Both the position numbers and the translations under genes were made by a program. A DNA stretch of 64,000 bases from Camelus ferus (taxonomy: Eukaryota). The stretch's first letter is position 1; each line of letters begins with the position of its first letter. The notes beneath the pieces are model-generated. The model saw nothing but the letters and a program-made list of their open reading frames with translations. It was not told the DNA's origin and ran no database searches. Below are positions 40,421-53,290 of this stretch, in pieces. The stretch lies in the NCBI RefSeq assembly GCF_009834535.1, contig NC_045696.1:112470001-112534000 (forward strand). The letters run 5' to 3'.

Positions 40421-40659
40421 ACAAGTTTTCGTCATCCACGTGATCTCACCTGGTGGGTTCTGATTACTGCCACCATCTTGGAAATGACGCCCAGGTCTCC
40501 ACAGCCCTGGGCACGACCAGACACTCACTACAGCACAGTGAGCACGGGGGCAACGGTACGGAGGTGAACAACTGATGTGCAACAGTGTCCAGCTGAGCTG
40601 ACTCGCACATTAAGGGGGCTGTCACAGGTGTGGGGACAAGAGCAGCAGCAGCCAAAGAA

Positions 40660-40825
40660 ACACACTTGGGGTAAGGGGCGTGGGTTCAAATCCCAGCTCA
40701 GACCGATTAGTTACACAAACTGCAAAATTAGGGAAATTCCTCAGATGCTCTGAACCTCAGTTTCCTCCTGTATCGGTTTAATGAATGCCTTGCTCACAGG
40801 ATTGTAAACAAGATTCAATCACTAT
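40660..40825 (+). mobile_element. MIR SINE fragment
   Basis: tgggttcaaatcccagctc and tctgaacctcagtttcctc. Confidence 0.8.
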
Positions 40826-41587
40826 CCTCAAAAAAGCACCGGGAAGTTGGATAGAAGAAGGGCAGTTCTCATGCCTGTTTGTGAGCGGGGAGGTGACGCA
40901 TTAGAGAAAACGTCTGGGGCAGCCAGTGGAAAGTTTTCAGCTGACGTTAAAGTCACCAAACTCCTGAGGAGCGTTCCTGTGCTGACTTGGAAATAAAACA
41001 AGTGAAACGGCAGTCTGGATGGAACAGTCTGAAATACAAGCTTGTGAACGAGAATTGCTTCCATGACAAAGTATTTATAAGCAACGGGGAAAATAGAGAC
41101 AGCTTTGTACACAACAGTCTGTTTTCCTAACTCCAAGTACTGCAAGTCCTCTCTACTCTGGCACTAAAATGAAATGCCTTCCTTACAGGTGTTAAAGTAG
41201 ACGGTGACAGAACCTGTGCATGTGTTTAAGTGACTTGACTAGAATTTATTTTATTCAGAAACTGTGTTGCTTCGACATTTTTATTTAAATCTGCTGGTCT
41301 GTGAAGTTCAAAAGGCCAGTTGAATACACCATTATCAACATCCGTCGCCAAATGTAAAAGACATGCAGGGAACCCCCTTCCCCCCAAATGGAATCCCTAT
41401 AAAAACAACAGAACCATCTTCTTGCTCGGAGATGTTGAATGTTTATGGATGACTCCGTGCTCCCAAAGGAAGCAGAGACACTGATGACCGCTGCAGTTCT
41501 CACCACCAGGAACAATTGTCTGAAGCTTAGAAAACGGACCCTCTTTTCTCTCTGTTGATTGCTTACAAGATTTAGAACTCCTTCTAG

Positions 41588-41804
41588 GTCAACGGTCAGT
41601 TAGTGGTGGCCACCAGCCAAACTTGCTCACTGTTGTTTTGGTAAATAAAGTTTTATTGGAATATGGTTCCACCCATTCGCCTATTGTCTGTGTCTGCTTT
41701 TGCTACAAAAGCAGATTTGAGCGGTTGGAACAGAAACCTTCTATCCTACAAAGTTTAGAAAATTTACTATCTGGCCCTTTGCAGAAAAAGTTTGCAGTCT
41801 TCTG
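41588..41804. mobile_element. MER58A-like hAT-Charlie MITE
   Basis: gtaaataaagttttattggaa...aatttactatctggccctttgcagaaaaagtttgc. Confidence 0.85.
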
Positions 41805-42869
41805 TTTGGGGTAATAGTTTTATATTTTCCTCTAAAATTAGGTCCTAGTATATAATGTCCTATCCAATATGAGATTTACTGAAAGCTTTGAACACTGTGT
41901 AGTAGACAGAGCTCTTCAAGTACGTATGAGGCTTGGCTGGGAAGAAAATGCATTACTGAAACTATATTTAACGATGAAACTGTAAGGCTCTTAATGGACA
42001 CACCACTCTCCGAGGAAACATCTTCTCCACATCTCCTATTATCCGGAGCTCTGAAGCAGAACTTCGTGCGGCATCACGGTCATCGGGAATTACACAGAGG
42101 GCTTAGGGAGAAAACAGTAATTGAAATTCAACCCACTTTCTATTTCTCATCTTCTCCTTAAAACAGAATTAGCTGGAAATTTGATGTATTGGGAGAGATA
42201 TAATGAGTATCTATGGTCTGGTATGCTGAAATGAAATGGCACGTGAATATACGACAGCCAGAGAAAACCTACACACAATTATGCAAAGACTGAGCGTCAC
42301 GTCTGAAGGGTGGGTAAGTTCTAGGAAAACAATGGCTGGCCCAGGTAGATTTGTGGCTTTTGTGTGATGAACATCTCACTTCTCGGGAAGACGCTGTCAC
42401 AGACATCATCACTACTGGGTAATAATGACAAGAGGCCCCTCACAGACCACATTTAGAGGGTGATTCCTATGTGTTGGGCACAACGTTAAGCTTTTAATGT
42501 AATCTTCACAACAGCTTTATGGGGTAGGTACTTTCGGCATATTCTTTGGATAGAGGAGAAACTGCGGATGCAAGGGAAATAAACATGCAAAAATGTGACC
42601 AGTATTTTCATATTTGTATAATATTTGTGTCTATAAAATAGATTGACACAACTTCAAAAGACGTATTTATGATTTCTATATGATTTTGTGTATCATTCAA
42701 AATGAATATTGTAGCAAAATTACAAATCACATTTTCTCTCCCGGTGCCTAAACAGGTAATTTCTTGATTATAGTAAGTCTTTTTAAAAAAAAAACAGAAA
42801 GATGGCCAAATGTATCTAAAATTACCCACAGCTGCCTCTGGCCAATTATTCAATAGTAATTGTGAGAAC

Positions 42870-43217
42870 TTAAAATGTGACTGCACACTGGTGCCTGCCC
42901 TCTCTTGCTGTTCTTTGAACCCCATGTGAATAAGCCCAGGTGAGCTTGTGGGTGGATGGAAAACAGGTAACTCACCCCCAAGCCAATAGCCAGCCAACCA
43001 CCAGATATATGACTGAGGCCACAGGGAACTGGCCAGCCCTGTCCACCCCCAAGCCCCCAGCCTGTCAGTGGACCATAGAAGGAGGCAGCTCATCTAAAAT
43101 CAGCCATATTCAACCCAACCCAGAAGAAGTTACCCAGCAGAATCATGAGCTACATACATGAATGGTTGTTAAATTTAACTTCTAAGGTGGTTTATTACAT
43201 GGCAAAGTTAACTGATT
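42870..43217 (+). mobile_element. MaLR LTR (MLT1G/H-like)
   Basis: cccagcagaatcatgagc...ggtggtttattacatggcaaagttaactgat is an MLT1 3' terminus. Confidence 0.7.
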
Positions 43218-44439
43218 CTTTACCCCCAAAAGTAAAGTATGTTAATTTTTGTCATGAGAAACATGAGAACTATAGTCTTAGCAAAAGAATTAAGATCTTC
43301 TACCCAGTCATTACAGGGAACACTGCTTCAGGGAACCCTTTTAATCTGATTTATGTGGTAGGTACATAAAGACAACCAGTCAAATTGGACAACGTGGCAG
43401 ATGGTCTTGGATTTATGCATATTTATGTAGCACATGTTTAATTGTCTACTTTGCTGTCCATCTTTTGCCTCTCAAATAGATGGTTATTTATAATAACTGT
43501 GAGACTAACTGGCTGACACTCCAAACCCAGCTTCTTCCTTTGGATACACTAGGAAAACAACCAAACCAAACAAAAAAAGCCACCAAAGCTCCAAAGAGCT
43601 ATTCTAATTGTTTTACAGTTTCATTAGGAAACATCCTGTCTGTTATGCTCGCTTCCGGAAACTCTAATGATAATAGTGTTTGTTGCTACTGCTTAATTCC
43701 CCCTCAGGGTGTCTGCCTTTTACAGTTACAATTACAATTGGAAAGTCGTTCAACCACATGTTCACATCAATTTACCCATTAATTTATTTGACCTGTTAAT
43801 CCATTAGTTACTCGCCTGGTAATCCATTAAACTGCTTAAAATAATATTTGCAGTCTCCAGTGTGGGATGCCTTTGGGTCAAAGATGACGAACTCAAATTA
43901 TTAATGATGACGCTATTTTATTCATTTTGGAAACTTTGATAGTGCCATAAAGCAAAATGTGAATGCCTCCTTAATTATATGACTGCAGAGGAGCACATAA
44001 AGGCCAAGATAGGGTAATAATTCATTCACAGGCTCCTAGGATCACTCAGCCGGTTCATTCTGTGCCCAGGAAAATAGGCTGGAAGACACGGGTATGTGGG
44101 AGAAACACTGTACTCGGTGTGATCAGAGCTCAGTGAGAGGAGATCAGATTCTGCCCTTAAAAGATGACCATGTGAGTTGAGGAGATAAATTTACAAAGCG
44201 ACTACGTACAATTCAAAGCAAGAAATCAAGTGCTACTCTAACAATTTCCACAGGAGACACGGGGACTTGAGCCAACCCAGGAGGCACTGAGGGAATATCC
44301 AACCTCTGCTCCCAGGTCTGATGCTCAGACCTTACAGGACAGGAGACAGATACTTTCAGGAAATGAATCTAGCCCAGGGGCAGAAAAGCAGATGGGTGAG
44401 GTGGCAACTGTGACCCACTGGAGAGTTTGTCCTGTCAAT

Positions 44440-44640
44440 GGTGGTGGCCACTAAGCAGCTACCGCAATGGAGCATCATAGACCAGATCTGCTAGATCTTC
44501 TGATTTTTCAAGATGACTTGGGAATCCAGAACCATATGTGAAATCCTTTACTTCTGGAGTATTTGCAACTAACTCTAACTTTTAAAACTACACAAAGCAA
44601 ATAAACCACATCAGTGGAGTCACTCTGGAAGATGGGCAGA
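44440..44640. mobile_element. MER102-like hAT element fragment
   Basis: agatcttctgatttttcaaga...atgtgaaatc...tttgcaactaac. Confidence 0.5.
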
Positions 44641-45554
44641 CAGGAAGCACTCGTGAGCAAAGTGTGGAGGAATGACAAAGCCCCTGTGAATTCGGGGGAG
44701 ACTGTGGGTGCACAGAGCTCAAGGCTGCGGGGTGTGATTAACTAATGTGGGTAACAACTATCTGAGCTGTGTTACCTACAGAATAGATCAAGCATTTATT
44801 ACCAAAAACGTAAAAGCTGAGTTTGAATTTTGTTGTTATTGTTCTTTAAAACACGTTCGCTATTGCTTTAGATGTCCCTGAGCTGTTAAACATCTGCCCA
44901 GTATCTCTCCAGCTCTGCTTTTTGTTAGGGACTTCAGAGAGAGGAGAGGCGAGTGTAAACCCAGGTCCGACACAGAGGATGGTAAAGTGACCCCTGACAT
45001 TCCTGTACTTAATCAGACCAAGGAGTGTGCTAAGAAAAACACACACTGAGGTGTGGAAACCATAAAATATCACCAGGGAAATGAGCGAGCGGGGTGGGTT
45101 AGAAATGCAAGCCACCTGCTGGTACTGTACAAGTGATAGTGGGAGACGCATGAATAGAAATCCCCGAGTCTTCAACACCACCTCCCTCTTTCTTTTCATT
45201 TTCCAAAATTGTTTCTCCTAAGTGCTGGGACTGCCCTCCCCACCCCCCTGCCTCAGACATCTTCAATCCCACTGCTGACTGCCCTAACGCGGTCTTTCTC
45301 CCCTGATTTCCCCCAGGTCGATCATACAGGGATGTCCATTCTCTGCAATTAAGTATGAAAGATGCCCAAGGTCAGTGTCAAAGAAAAATACTTTAATGAC
45401 AATATAAAATAACAAAGGAAGTGTTCAAAGGTAGAGGTGTCACTGCTGTTGTATCTTTGACCTTTCTGAGCAAGTTCCCCAGCTCACCCGCCATAATGAA
45501 GCCAACCAGCCCAAAGTGGCTTTCAACATTAAGCTGCATATTTTTTTCTTTTCT

Positions 45555-45689
45555 GGGGGGGTGGGGGTGGGGAAAAGTAATTTGGTTTATTTATTTATTT
45601 GTTTATTTATTTAATGGCTGTACTGGGGATTGAACCCAGGACCTCATGCATGCTCGGCATACGCTCTACCACTGAGCTATACCCTCCCC
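45555..45689 (-). mobile_element. tRNA-Ala-derived camelid SINE (vic-1-like)
   Basis: Reverse complement ggggagggtatagctcagtggtagagcg...gaggtcctgggttcaatccccagtac plus (TAAA)n tail. Confidence 0.93.
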
Positions 45690-45929
45690 TTACATGTTTT
45701 TTCTAATATAAAACTAAGATGTGCACTAAGAAGGCAATACTAACAGCATGCTGCTTTTCCTTAGTGCTTCTCAACTACAGATGCTTTCACAGTCATCTCT
45801 CTGAATCTTCACAAAAGGATTATAAGGTGATATTGTTATTGGTGGAGGAGACAGAGGAAATCGGGACTCAGCTAGAGTGACAACTCCCACAAAAGTGATA
45901 GGACCAGGTGATGGTCACAGTAACAAAAG

Positions 45930-46130
45930 GATTTATAGAGATTTCACTATAGCAGGGACCTTCTAAGCATCTTACATGTATTATTTCAATTAATCCTTAT
46001 AACCCAGTGAGGTAGGTGTGAAATATTCCTGTTTTTTTAACAGTTGACAAAACTGAGGCCCAGAGAAGTGAAGAAACTAATCAAGGTCATCCAGTGACCT
46101 TTGGGGGTGATGCTGGAATTCAAAGGAACC
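45930..46130 (-). mobile_element. MIR SINE
   Basis: taatccttataacccagtgaggtagg...aaactgaggcccagagaagtgaag. Confidence 0.85.
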
Positions 46131-48574
46131 ATTTGGTCCACAGCCCACATTCCTCATGCCCACAACCCAAACTCTGGGTTCCTGATTCCAAATTTACTAT
46201 TCTTTTCATTCTGTCCTAGTTGCTTCACTCACAAGCCTGAAAGACAAAGTCTTCTGCTTTTCCCATTGATGATGAGAGGACAGGTCATCAGCCTTCTTCA
46301 ACATGACCCCTGGGAAAGTATTTTTGGCTTGAAATACAATGAAATTGCATTACACTTTGGCATGGCCATTCTGCTTCAGGATGTGGAATTTCTATGTTTA
46401 TTTTTATACTCTCCTGGGCACTCCAAAGGATACAAATACCTGACAAAATTACATTCAATAAAAGAAAGTGGAGAATGAAGGGAACACACATATTGGTGTC
46501 ACAAAACACAAACCCTCACTGGAGATGAATCTCGTCATGGTGGCCGTGAAAGATATAGCAGCCAACATGGAAAGAAGAAAAATTCATTGCCTGAGACATA
46601 GTTTCTGTACATCCAGAACTTAGTGCGGTTCTGCTATTAGAATCAAAGGGCTTCGCCTTCACATATCTTTCGTTGGCAATATTTGCTATCACTCCATACA
46701 GGTCAGAAGTCAGACCAGTACAAATGAGGACCCACCTATGCACCGTTAGCAAGGAAACTGCTCACAGCCTCCCCACCAGGCTAAGGGTGCCCGAAGCACC
46801 TGCTATTACAGAACTCTCTTGAATGCCAAGGGAGGGCATTACCTTTGAGGGCACCAATGACGATGTGCAGGCTGCCTGGCAGAGAGAAGACGGCTAGGGT
46901 GCCCCTCAACACATCTCCACATTTGCACTGAAGAATTCACCAGATTAGCCAATGATCACTTCCAACTTCACCAGCTTGTGAGCAACCATCTCACGGGGAG
47001 GGCATATGCGAGCAACAGTGTACCCACATGCCATCCACATCCCTTCCATGTGTTCAGAATAATCGTGCACCAGCCCTTATCGGTTGTGCGTTTGGAATCT
47101 AAAGTTTTCTAAATGTTAAAAAGGATTAGGATGTATAAGGGGAATCCGAGAGCAGTGGTCTGATAAAAGCGGTTCTCTGGCAGCCAGGACCAGAGATAAA
47201 TACTAACGGTATTCCAAAGCTAACGTTTCATGTGATGAATGCAGAAAAAAGAGGGTATTTCTCTTTTTTTCCATTTGATTTGTAAACTTCTTTAAAATAT
47301 CAGTCACTCTAGGCACAGCCTTTATCCAACCAACTAAGTAGAAAACATTCCCACATTTCTAACCTTACTTTTTTTTTTCCAAAGGAGCCTGATTATACTC
47401 TATACAGTATAAGCTGAGGGAGAAAAAAAAATCAACATTTTGTAGCTGAGCAGAAACTCAGTTTGAAAGCACATCGGTGATAAAAGCAGGGGAAAAACAA
47501 ACAAACAAAAAAAAACAGGAAAATGTTAAAATATATATTTTTTAATGTTCCTGGTCCCATTTGTTCTGATCAGGCATCATTTGCCAGGTGTGGAAGCCCT
47601 CTGCTGGTCAAGACTGTGTACAGGGTGATTTGCTAGAACTCTGGAAAAGACTTTTGAAGAGAAAGTTTTTTAAAAAAATTTTTTCCCTCAAAATTGCAGT
47701 TGGACTTGTCCTTGAAATTTCTTTTCAAGATGAATTAAACATTGACCCTCCATAAGTTCTTTTCCAAAGAGAAGAGAGTTGTTTCTTCCAGGTTCCTAAT
47801 GTTGCTGGGTGCATGTCTGTGACTGTGAGCATGGACCACGCTCTGGGGGGAGCCCCGCCCACACTGACTGGCTCCTCTCCATTTAGTGTTGGGAGGTACT
47901 TCTCATCCTTGTGACTGGTGCGCTTTGGCCAGGTTTCTCGAGGTCTCCAAGGTAACTACGTTGTTCAGGATTTGGAGGGTTTAGTTTTTAAAGTTATTCT
48001 GCTTCCTGAATTGGGTTCATTAACCAAATAATAGTCATAGTGTAATGGAAAATAATCTCATTCTCAGAAGATGCTAAAGTCAGGCCAAAGCAGGCACGAG
48101 AAGGCAAACCAGATCAAGGAGCCATGAGCGTGACAACTCGGAGGGGAAGCCATTAGGCCCTAATGCTTTGGATGCAGCACAGCTGACCAAGGACAAAAAT
48201 AGATGAGTTCCCAGTGCTCTGCCCCCGTGAGAGCCTCCTTAATTAATTCACTGGCATTTGTATTAACATGCTTCTTTGCTTGATGTTGCAAAGGAACCTG
48301 CCTAGAGCTTACTCCATTTCAAAGAGCCAAGGGGTCACGGAGAGAGCCACTAGGCCCTATGGAACAAGACACAACCTCCTTTTGTTAAAAAATAAAATTA
48401 AATTAAAAACAAAATTGTAAGCATCTAGAAGAGAAATTCACAGGGTGTTAAAAGGCACGGTTCATCAGTAGGCACACACGAGTTATGCAGAACAAGAAAG
48501 AACAAACGATGCAGCCAGGCGGAGGGGGTGAAACCATCCCTGGGGCAAAGGGAGGGGAGGGTCTCTGCAAGTGC

Positions 48575-48760
48575 CTTAACCTTCAGTGCATCAGTTTCTC
48601 ATCTGGAGATGAGGATGGTAATAGAACACTCTTTATAAAGCAGCTACGGTAATTCATGAGTTAATGAATCAATGAGTTAATGATAATTCATGAGTTAATG
48701 TATTAATGTGTTATGGTTCAGAAAAGTGCCTCACACATGATATCATCATTTCTATCATTT
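48575..48760 (+). mobile_element. MIR SINE with an internal (ATGAGTTAATG)x3 expansion
   Basis: tcagtttctcatctggagatgaggatggtaatag; atgagttaatg repeated three times at 48656-48700. Confidence 0.75.
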
Positions 48761-48774
48761 AGCAGCCCTGAAGG

Positions 48775-48990
48775 CAGTGGTTTTTAACCAGAGGTGATTT
48801 TGTCCCCAGCAGATGTTAAGCAATGTCCAGAAATATTTTTGATTGTCATGACTGGGGGTGCCACTGGCATCGAGTGAGTAGAGAGAGGCTAGGAATGTTG
48901 TTAAATATTCTACAGTGCACAGGTGAGCCCCCCAACAATAAACAGTCACCTGGCCCAAAACATCAATGGTGCCAAGGTCAGGAAAACCTG
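48775..48990 (+). mobile_element. MER20 (hAT-Charlie MITE)
   Basis: cagtggtttttaaccagaggtgattttgtcccc...gccactggcatcgagtgagtagag...gtgccaaggtcaggaaaacctg. Confidence 0.88.
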
Positions 48991-51919
48991 ACCTAGGGAT
49001 ATGCTTAAAAGACTTTACATGGAGCACAAACTACACACACACACACACAACTTTTAGAAAGCCAAATGCTTTGTTTTTGTAGACGTTATTACGTGCATGG
49101 TGTTCTCAAGACTAGATCAGGGAATTCGAATCCGATAGAGTCAGTTATGTGCTTTGCTGGTGGTCAAATGGCCTCTTTGGGCTTCAGTTTCCCGACCACC
49201 CCCACCCTGTGTTCTGCGGTGGTCCCTCCTTTCCAACTCTCCAAGACAGCTGGAGCACCACTGCGACTCCGTGCCCCACTACTTCTCGCAGTGTGGCCAG
49301 CTTCACCAATCCATTTCTCCAAATGACCTGGAGAGTCACCCATGATTCATCCCATGGAAATTATGAGTTATTACCTTTATCAGTAAAGGGCTGCTTGAGC
49401 TAAAAAAAAATTAATTCCACTTTTACAAACTCTCTCGGATACAGAAAATGGCCAATTGTAATGCGGTTTATCAATGTCATCTATCCATTAACGCCCGCAA
49501 AGCTGAGTTATGACGCCCTCTGCCTTGTTAGGACCATTTCCGTGAGAATGTGAATATGTGGTTTCCAAGTTACTCACTGGACCCTATTTGCACAGTATTT
49601 GTTTTTGGTCTGGAAAAAAGGGGAAAACTGGAGCCACTGTGTAACTATCCTAGCGGGGTGCCTAGGACAGCAGATGCTCAATAAGTATTTATTTACTGAA
49701 TAGCAACCCTAAGTTCCTATTCATCCTTAATATTTCTAATAGCACAGTAGCTTACAAACAGAATATGGCTTCTAAGTTTTCGAAAAATGCTTTCTCAGTT
49801 CCCTCCTCACTTAATAATTTTAACAAGACATACTGCATTGACTAAACTTGACAAATAAAGAATTAGAACCTGAGAAAATTCCTACGCCTCTCTCCCCGTC
49901 CAGGGCCCACACCTTGTTACCGTCAAGATTCTAAAATCCACTCTCTTTCCCATTCTGCCTTTCTGCCCATTGTCCCCGGTGCCACCAATATACTTTACGT
50001 TTATTGCAAGAACACTCTTCCTATAAACCATATATTTTATTTCTCTTTTTAGAGAAAAGTAGTCAGATTGGTAAGAATTCTATACTATTAACCCCCAAAT
50101 ATGTAGTAACGAAGTGTTACGTGACTCACCAAAGTGGAAAGGAAAAAAGACAAAACCAAAGGCCTGATTCTCAGCTGGAAGTAGTGATTTTTCTATTCTT
50201 TTCTACAGTCGATGGATATAGCTACATTGTCAAAAATGAGACTATGTCATCCACAGCATTTTATTTGGGGTTTGTTTTAATAAGGAGCAATGGGTTGCAT
50301 ATTCAAATTTAGCATCCTCGAAAGGCTGCACAGTTTTCCATTTCCTGCAGTTTTGCCTCATGCTAACAACCCCCACTGACTCGCTCTGCCCCTGAGCCCA
50401 AGTGTGTATTAAAAGTGTGTGGGTTCACACACAATCTGACCCGATGTCTGGTCAATTGAAAAGAATGGAGCCCTCCACGGAGTGGGGGAAAGCCTTTCCA
50501 GCAGAATTTTTTGTACGTGGAAGTCAAGCTATTTTTTCCCAGGAACGTATCTCAACACTCAAGAAGGCACTGTGATGCAGAACTGACCTTAGCAGATTGT
50601 ACTACACGGATACAGACTAGGACGGACCGGTTTCATGAGCGGCATCTAAATAACATTTTCAAGGCAACTTTCAGATATTCTAAAATCCATGAACTGAAAA
50701 CTCCAGTTGAAGTATTAGGTGAGTTTTCCGCCTCCAAATAGGAGGCTCTGATGCCATTATAACTACCAGGAGGTACGCAGGTTCGGCAGAACCTTACAGG
50801 GGAAATCGGCAGATGATGACTTAGAGAAAACTGTCTCCCCGTGCTCAGTGCCACCTCCTCTCGCTGTGACCTACTGACCACTCAGTGTGGACACTATGTC
50901 TTTTGAGGTTCAGCCACTGACTTGGGGTCTATGGACAGACGAGGACCCAAACCCCAAATCTAATTATCAGCAGTTAGAAGTCTCCTAACTTCTCTGAACA
51001 ACCAGTTTTTCAACTGTGAAAGTAAAGATGATAATGCTGGTTTTATAGGGTTTTATGGAGATTAAACAGACAAATATAAACAAAGACCTTGGAACACAGT
51101 ACAGTGTGTTATCCTCTCTGCCTCAGTCCTCTTATTCCTTGCTTTTCACCTCCTTTTTCTCTGAAGAGCAAAAACCAAACAGTTCACCGTCAAATTACTC
51201 TGTTGTTTTTTTTTTAATCCCAGCCACCTTTTAGACTTAAAATCCTCCTCGAGAGGACATGAAAAATCTCCAGTGCAAATCCCAGTGTAAATACGAGGGG
51301 GTGACTACATGGGGTTTGTGGTCAAAAGACCTTATCCCACCAGGCATCAAGAAACATCTTATGAGCAAACCTAAGTTTTATGAACTCAGATCTCTAAATT
51401 TTTTCAACTTAACCACACGCTTGGTGTCTTTGCAGACTGGCGGTCTCCATGAGGTTTACCCTCAGCGTGTAATGCAGAGAGCCCTGACTATGGTCATTCT
51501 GGAAGAAATGCCAGGAAAACTTCCAACCAGTGAAAAAGAAAAAAGGAAAACCTTAAAAGGGAGAAGCATGCATTTCTAAAAATCAAAGTGTGAGAGAATT
51601 TCAATGACTCCATTTTTTGTTTAATTAAATTTCCTTTATGGTCACTTTGGCAGACATCTAGGAACCAAATAACTAAATAAAAACAGAAAAAACAGTTTCT
51701 TTCTCTTTGCTTTTATTAGAAGGCATATAAGGAGAATGTATTTTGAATAAATGATTAATTCTCAAGTTGACTTAGTGCTTCCTGATGGCTGCAGAAATCT
51801 TCTTAACGGCCAGGAAGGCAAAAGCCCTCTTCACATTCTGCGGTATTTTTGACAAGCCCAATATGCAAGACTCTTTACTGTGAACACCAGGGTTCAAAAA
51901 CCTGACTATCAAAAGCTAT

Positions 51920-52564
51920 GGATTGCTGTATCATATGGTAAGTCTATTTTTAGTTTTTTAAGGAATCATTATATGATTCAGCAATCCCATTCCTGGGCAT
52001 ATATCTGGAGAAAACCATAATTCAAAAAGGCATATGTACCCCAATGTTCACAGTAGCACTATATACAATATCCAAGACATGGAAACAACCTAAATGTCCA
52101 TTAACCAATGACTGGATAAAAAAGTTGTGGTATATTTATACAATGGAATACTACTCAGCCATTAAAAAGAGTAAAATAATGCCATTTGTAGCAACATGGA
52201 TGGACCTGGAGATTGTCATTTTAAGTGAAGTAAGTCAGAAAGAAAGAAAAATATCATATGATATTGCTTACGTGTGGAATCTGCAAAAAAGGACACAAAT
52301 GAACTCATCTACAAAACAGAAACAGAGTCACAGACATAGAGAACAAACTTATGGTTACCAGGGGGTAAAAGGGGTGGGAAAGGCTAAACTGGGAATTCAA
52401 AAATTGCACCTCTTGGGGAGTGATGGAATGTTAGCTATCTTGATTGTGGTGGTGCTTTCATGGGTGTATACATCTATCAAAATTCATCAAATTGTTCATC
52501 TCAAATATCTGCAGTTTACTGCACAGGAATCATACAATTAAGGTTAAAAAAGAAAAAGGAAAAA
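51920..52564 (+). mobile_element. 5'-inverted (twin-primed) L1 with a chimeric 3' end
   Basis: ORF 52044+ gives TWKQPKCP...KKLWYIYTMEYYSAIKK (L1 ORF2 end); inverted piece 51920-51967; TSD aaaagctatgga at 51911-51922 and 52565-52576. Confidence 0.92.
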
Positions 52565-52599
52565 AAAAGCTATGGAGTCAGAACTGCTATAGTCCTGCT

Positions 52600-52835
52600 G
52601 GGGTTGTGTGGAAGCCTGGTTTGCCCTGGCTCAAGAGAGCCAGACACTACATTTTCAGGTATTTTTGAGAGCCAGTGGTTAAACACAAGCACTAACAAAA
52701 ATTATATTGTATACACATACAATAAAATTATATCAAGATAAAGGTAATAAGTTCTCAAAACTGATCACCTGCTAATCTTTTGGTTATACTTACTACTCCC
52801 CTGGGTTTATTTCCATCTATTTTATCTGTATGGTG
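52600..52835. mobile_element. MER63-like hAT-Blackjack fragment
   Basis: ggctcaagagagcca...attttcaggtatttttgagagccagtggttaaacac...aaaggtaataagttctcaaaact. Confidence 0.75.
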
Positions 52836-52861
52836 TGCACTTACAGGATGGAATAAGGACT

Positions 52862-53290
52862 CCTGTGGTCATGTGGGAGATGTGAATCACTTTTTGCCCA
52901 CTTGCTCACTCTTTTCTAAGGGCATCTGCTCCACCCATGTCGCTGGAGTGGGAGTTGGGGGGAGGTTAGGCAGCACCATTTATCTACCTGTCACTGGACC
53001 TGCCCCCAGATCTCTGTTTGAACGGCCAGTGGGCACCTGACCCAAGAGTGCCAACCCACTGTGGGCCACCGCCTGCATCATGCTAGCACCCAGCATGACT
53101 GATTCCTGGAGCTGCCTTGGGTCAAGAACTGTCCTCGGCCTCATACTCCCTGAGTCTGCAATGCACAGTGGCTCTGATTCTGCTGTCCTTGTCCCCCCAA
53201 CTTCCCTACACATACTCCTGTGATTAAATGCCCTTTACCAGAGATACCTTGAGTGGCTTCTTTTTTGTACAACCAGACAACCAGATATAA
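52862..53290 (+). mobile_element. Old MaLR/ERVL-type LTR
   Basis: Starts tgtggtc; gggcacctgacccaag; ends attaaatgcccttt...ttgagtggcttc...tgtacaacca. Confidence 0.5.

Noticed and set aside
42362..42412. Box C-like GTGATGA with a terminal stem (snoRNA?)
   Set aside because: No box D CTGA at the required position, and the motif is itself paired within the stem
45615..45689. Possible tRNA-Ala genes (also 268-336 and 26550-26627)
   Set aside because: A-rich tails, altered stems and anticodon arms, and shared non-tRNA ends identify them as SINEs
48650..48705. Short direct repeats with variable spacers (CRISPR-like)
   Set aside because: Only 11-bp units with tiny spacers inside a MIR; slippage expansion in a mammalian genome
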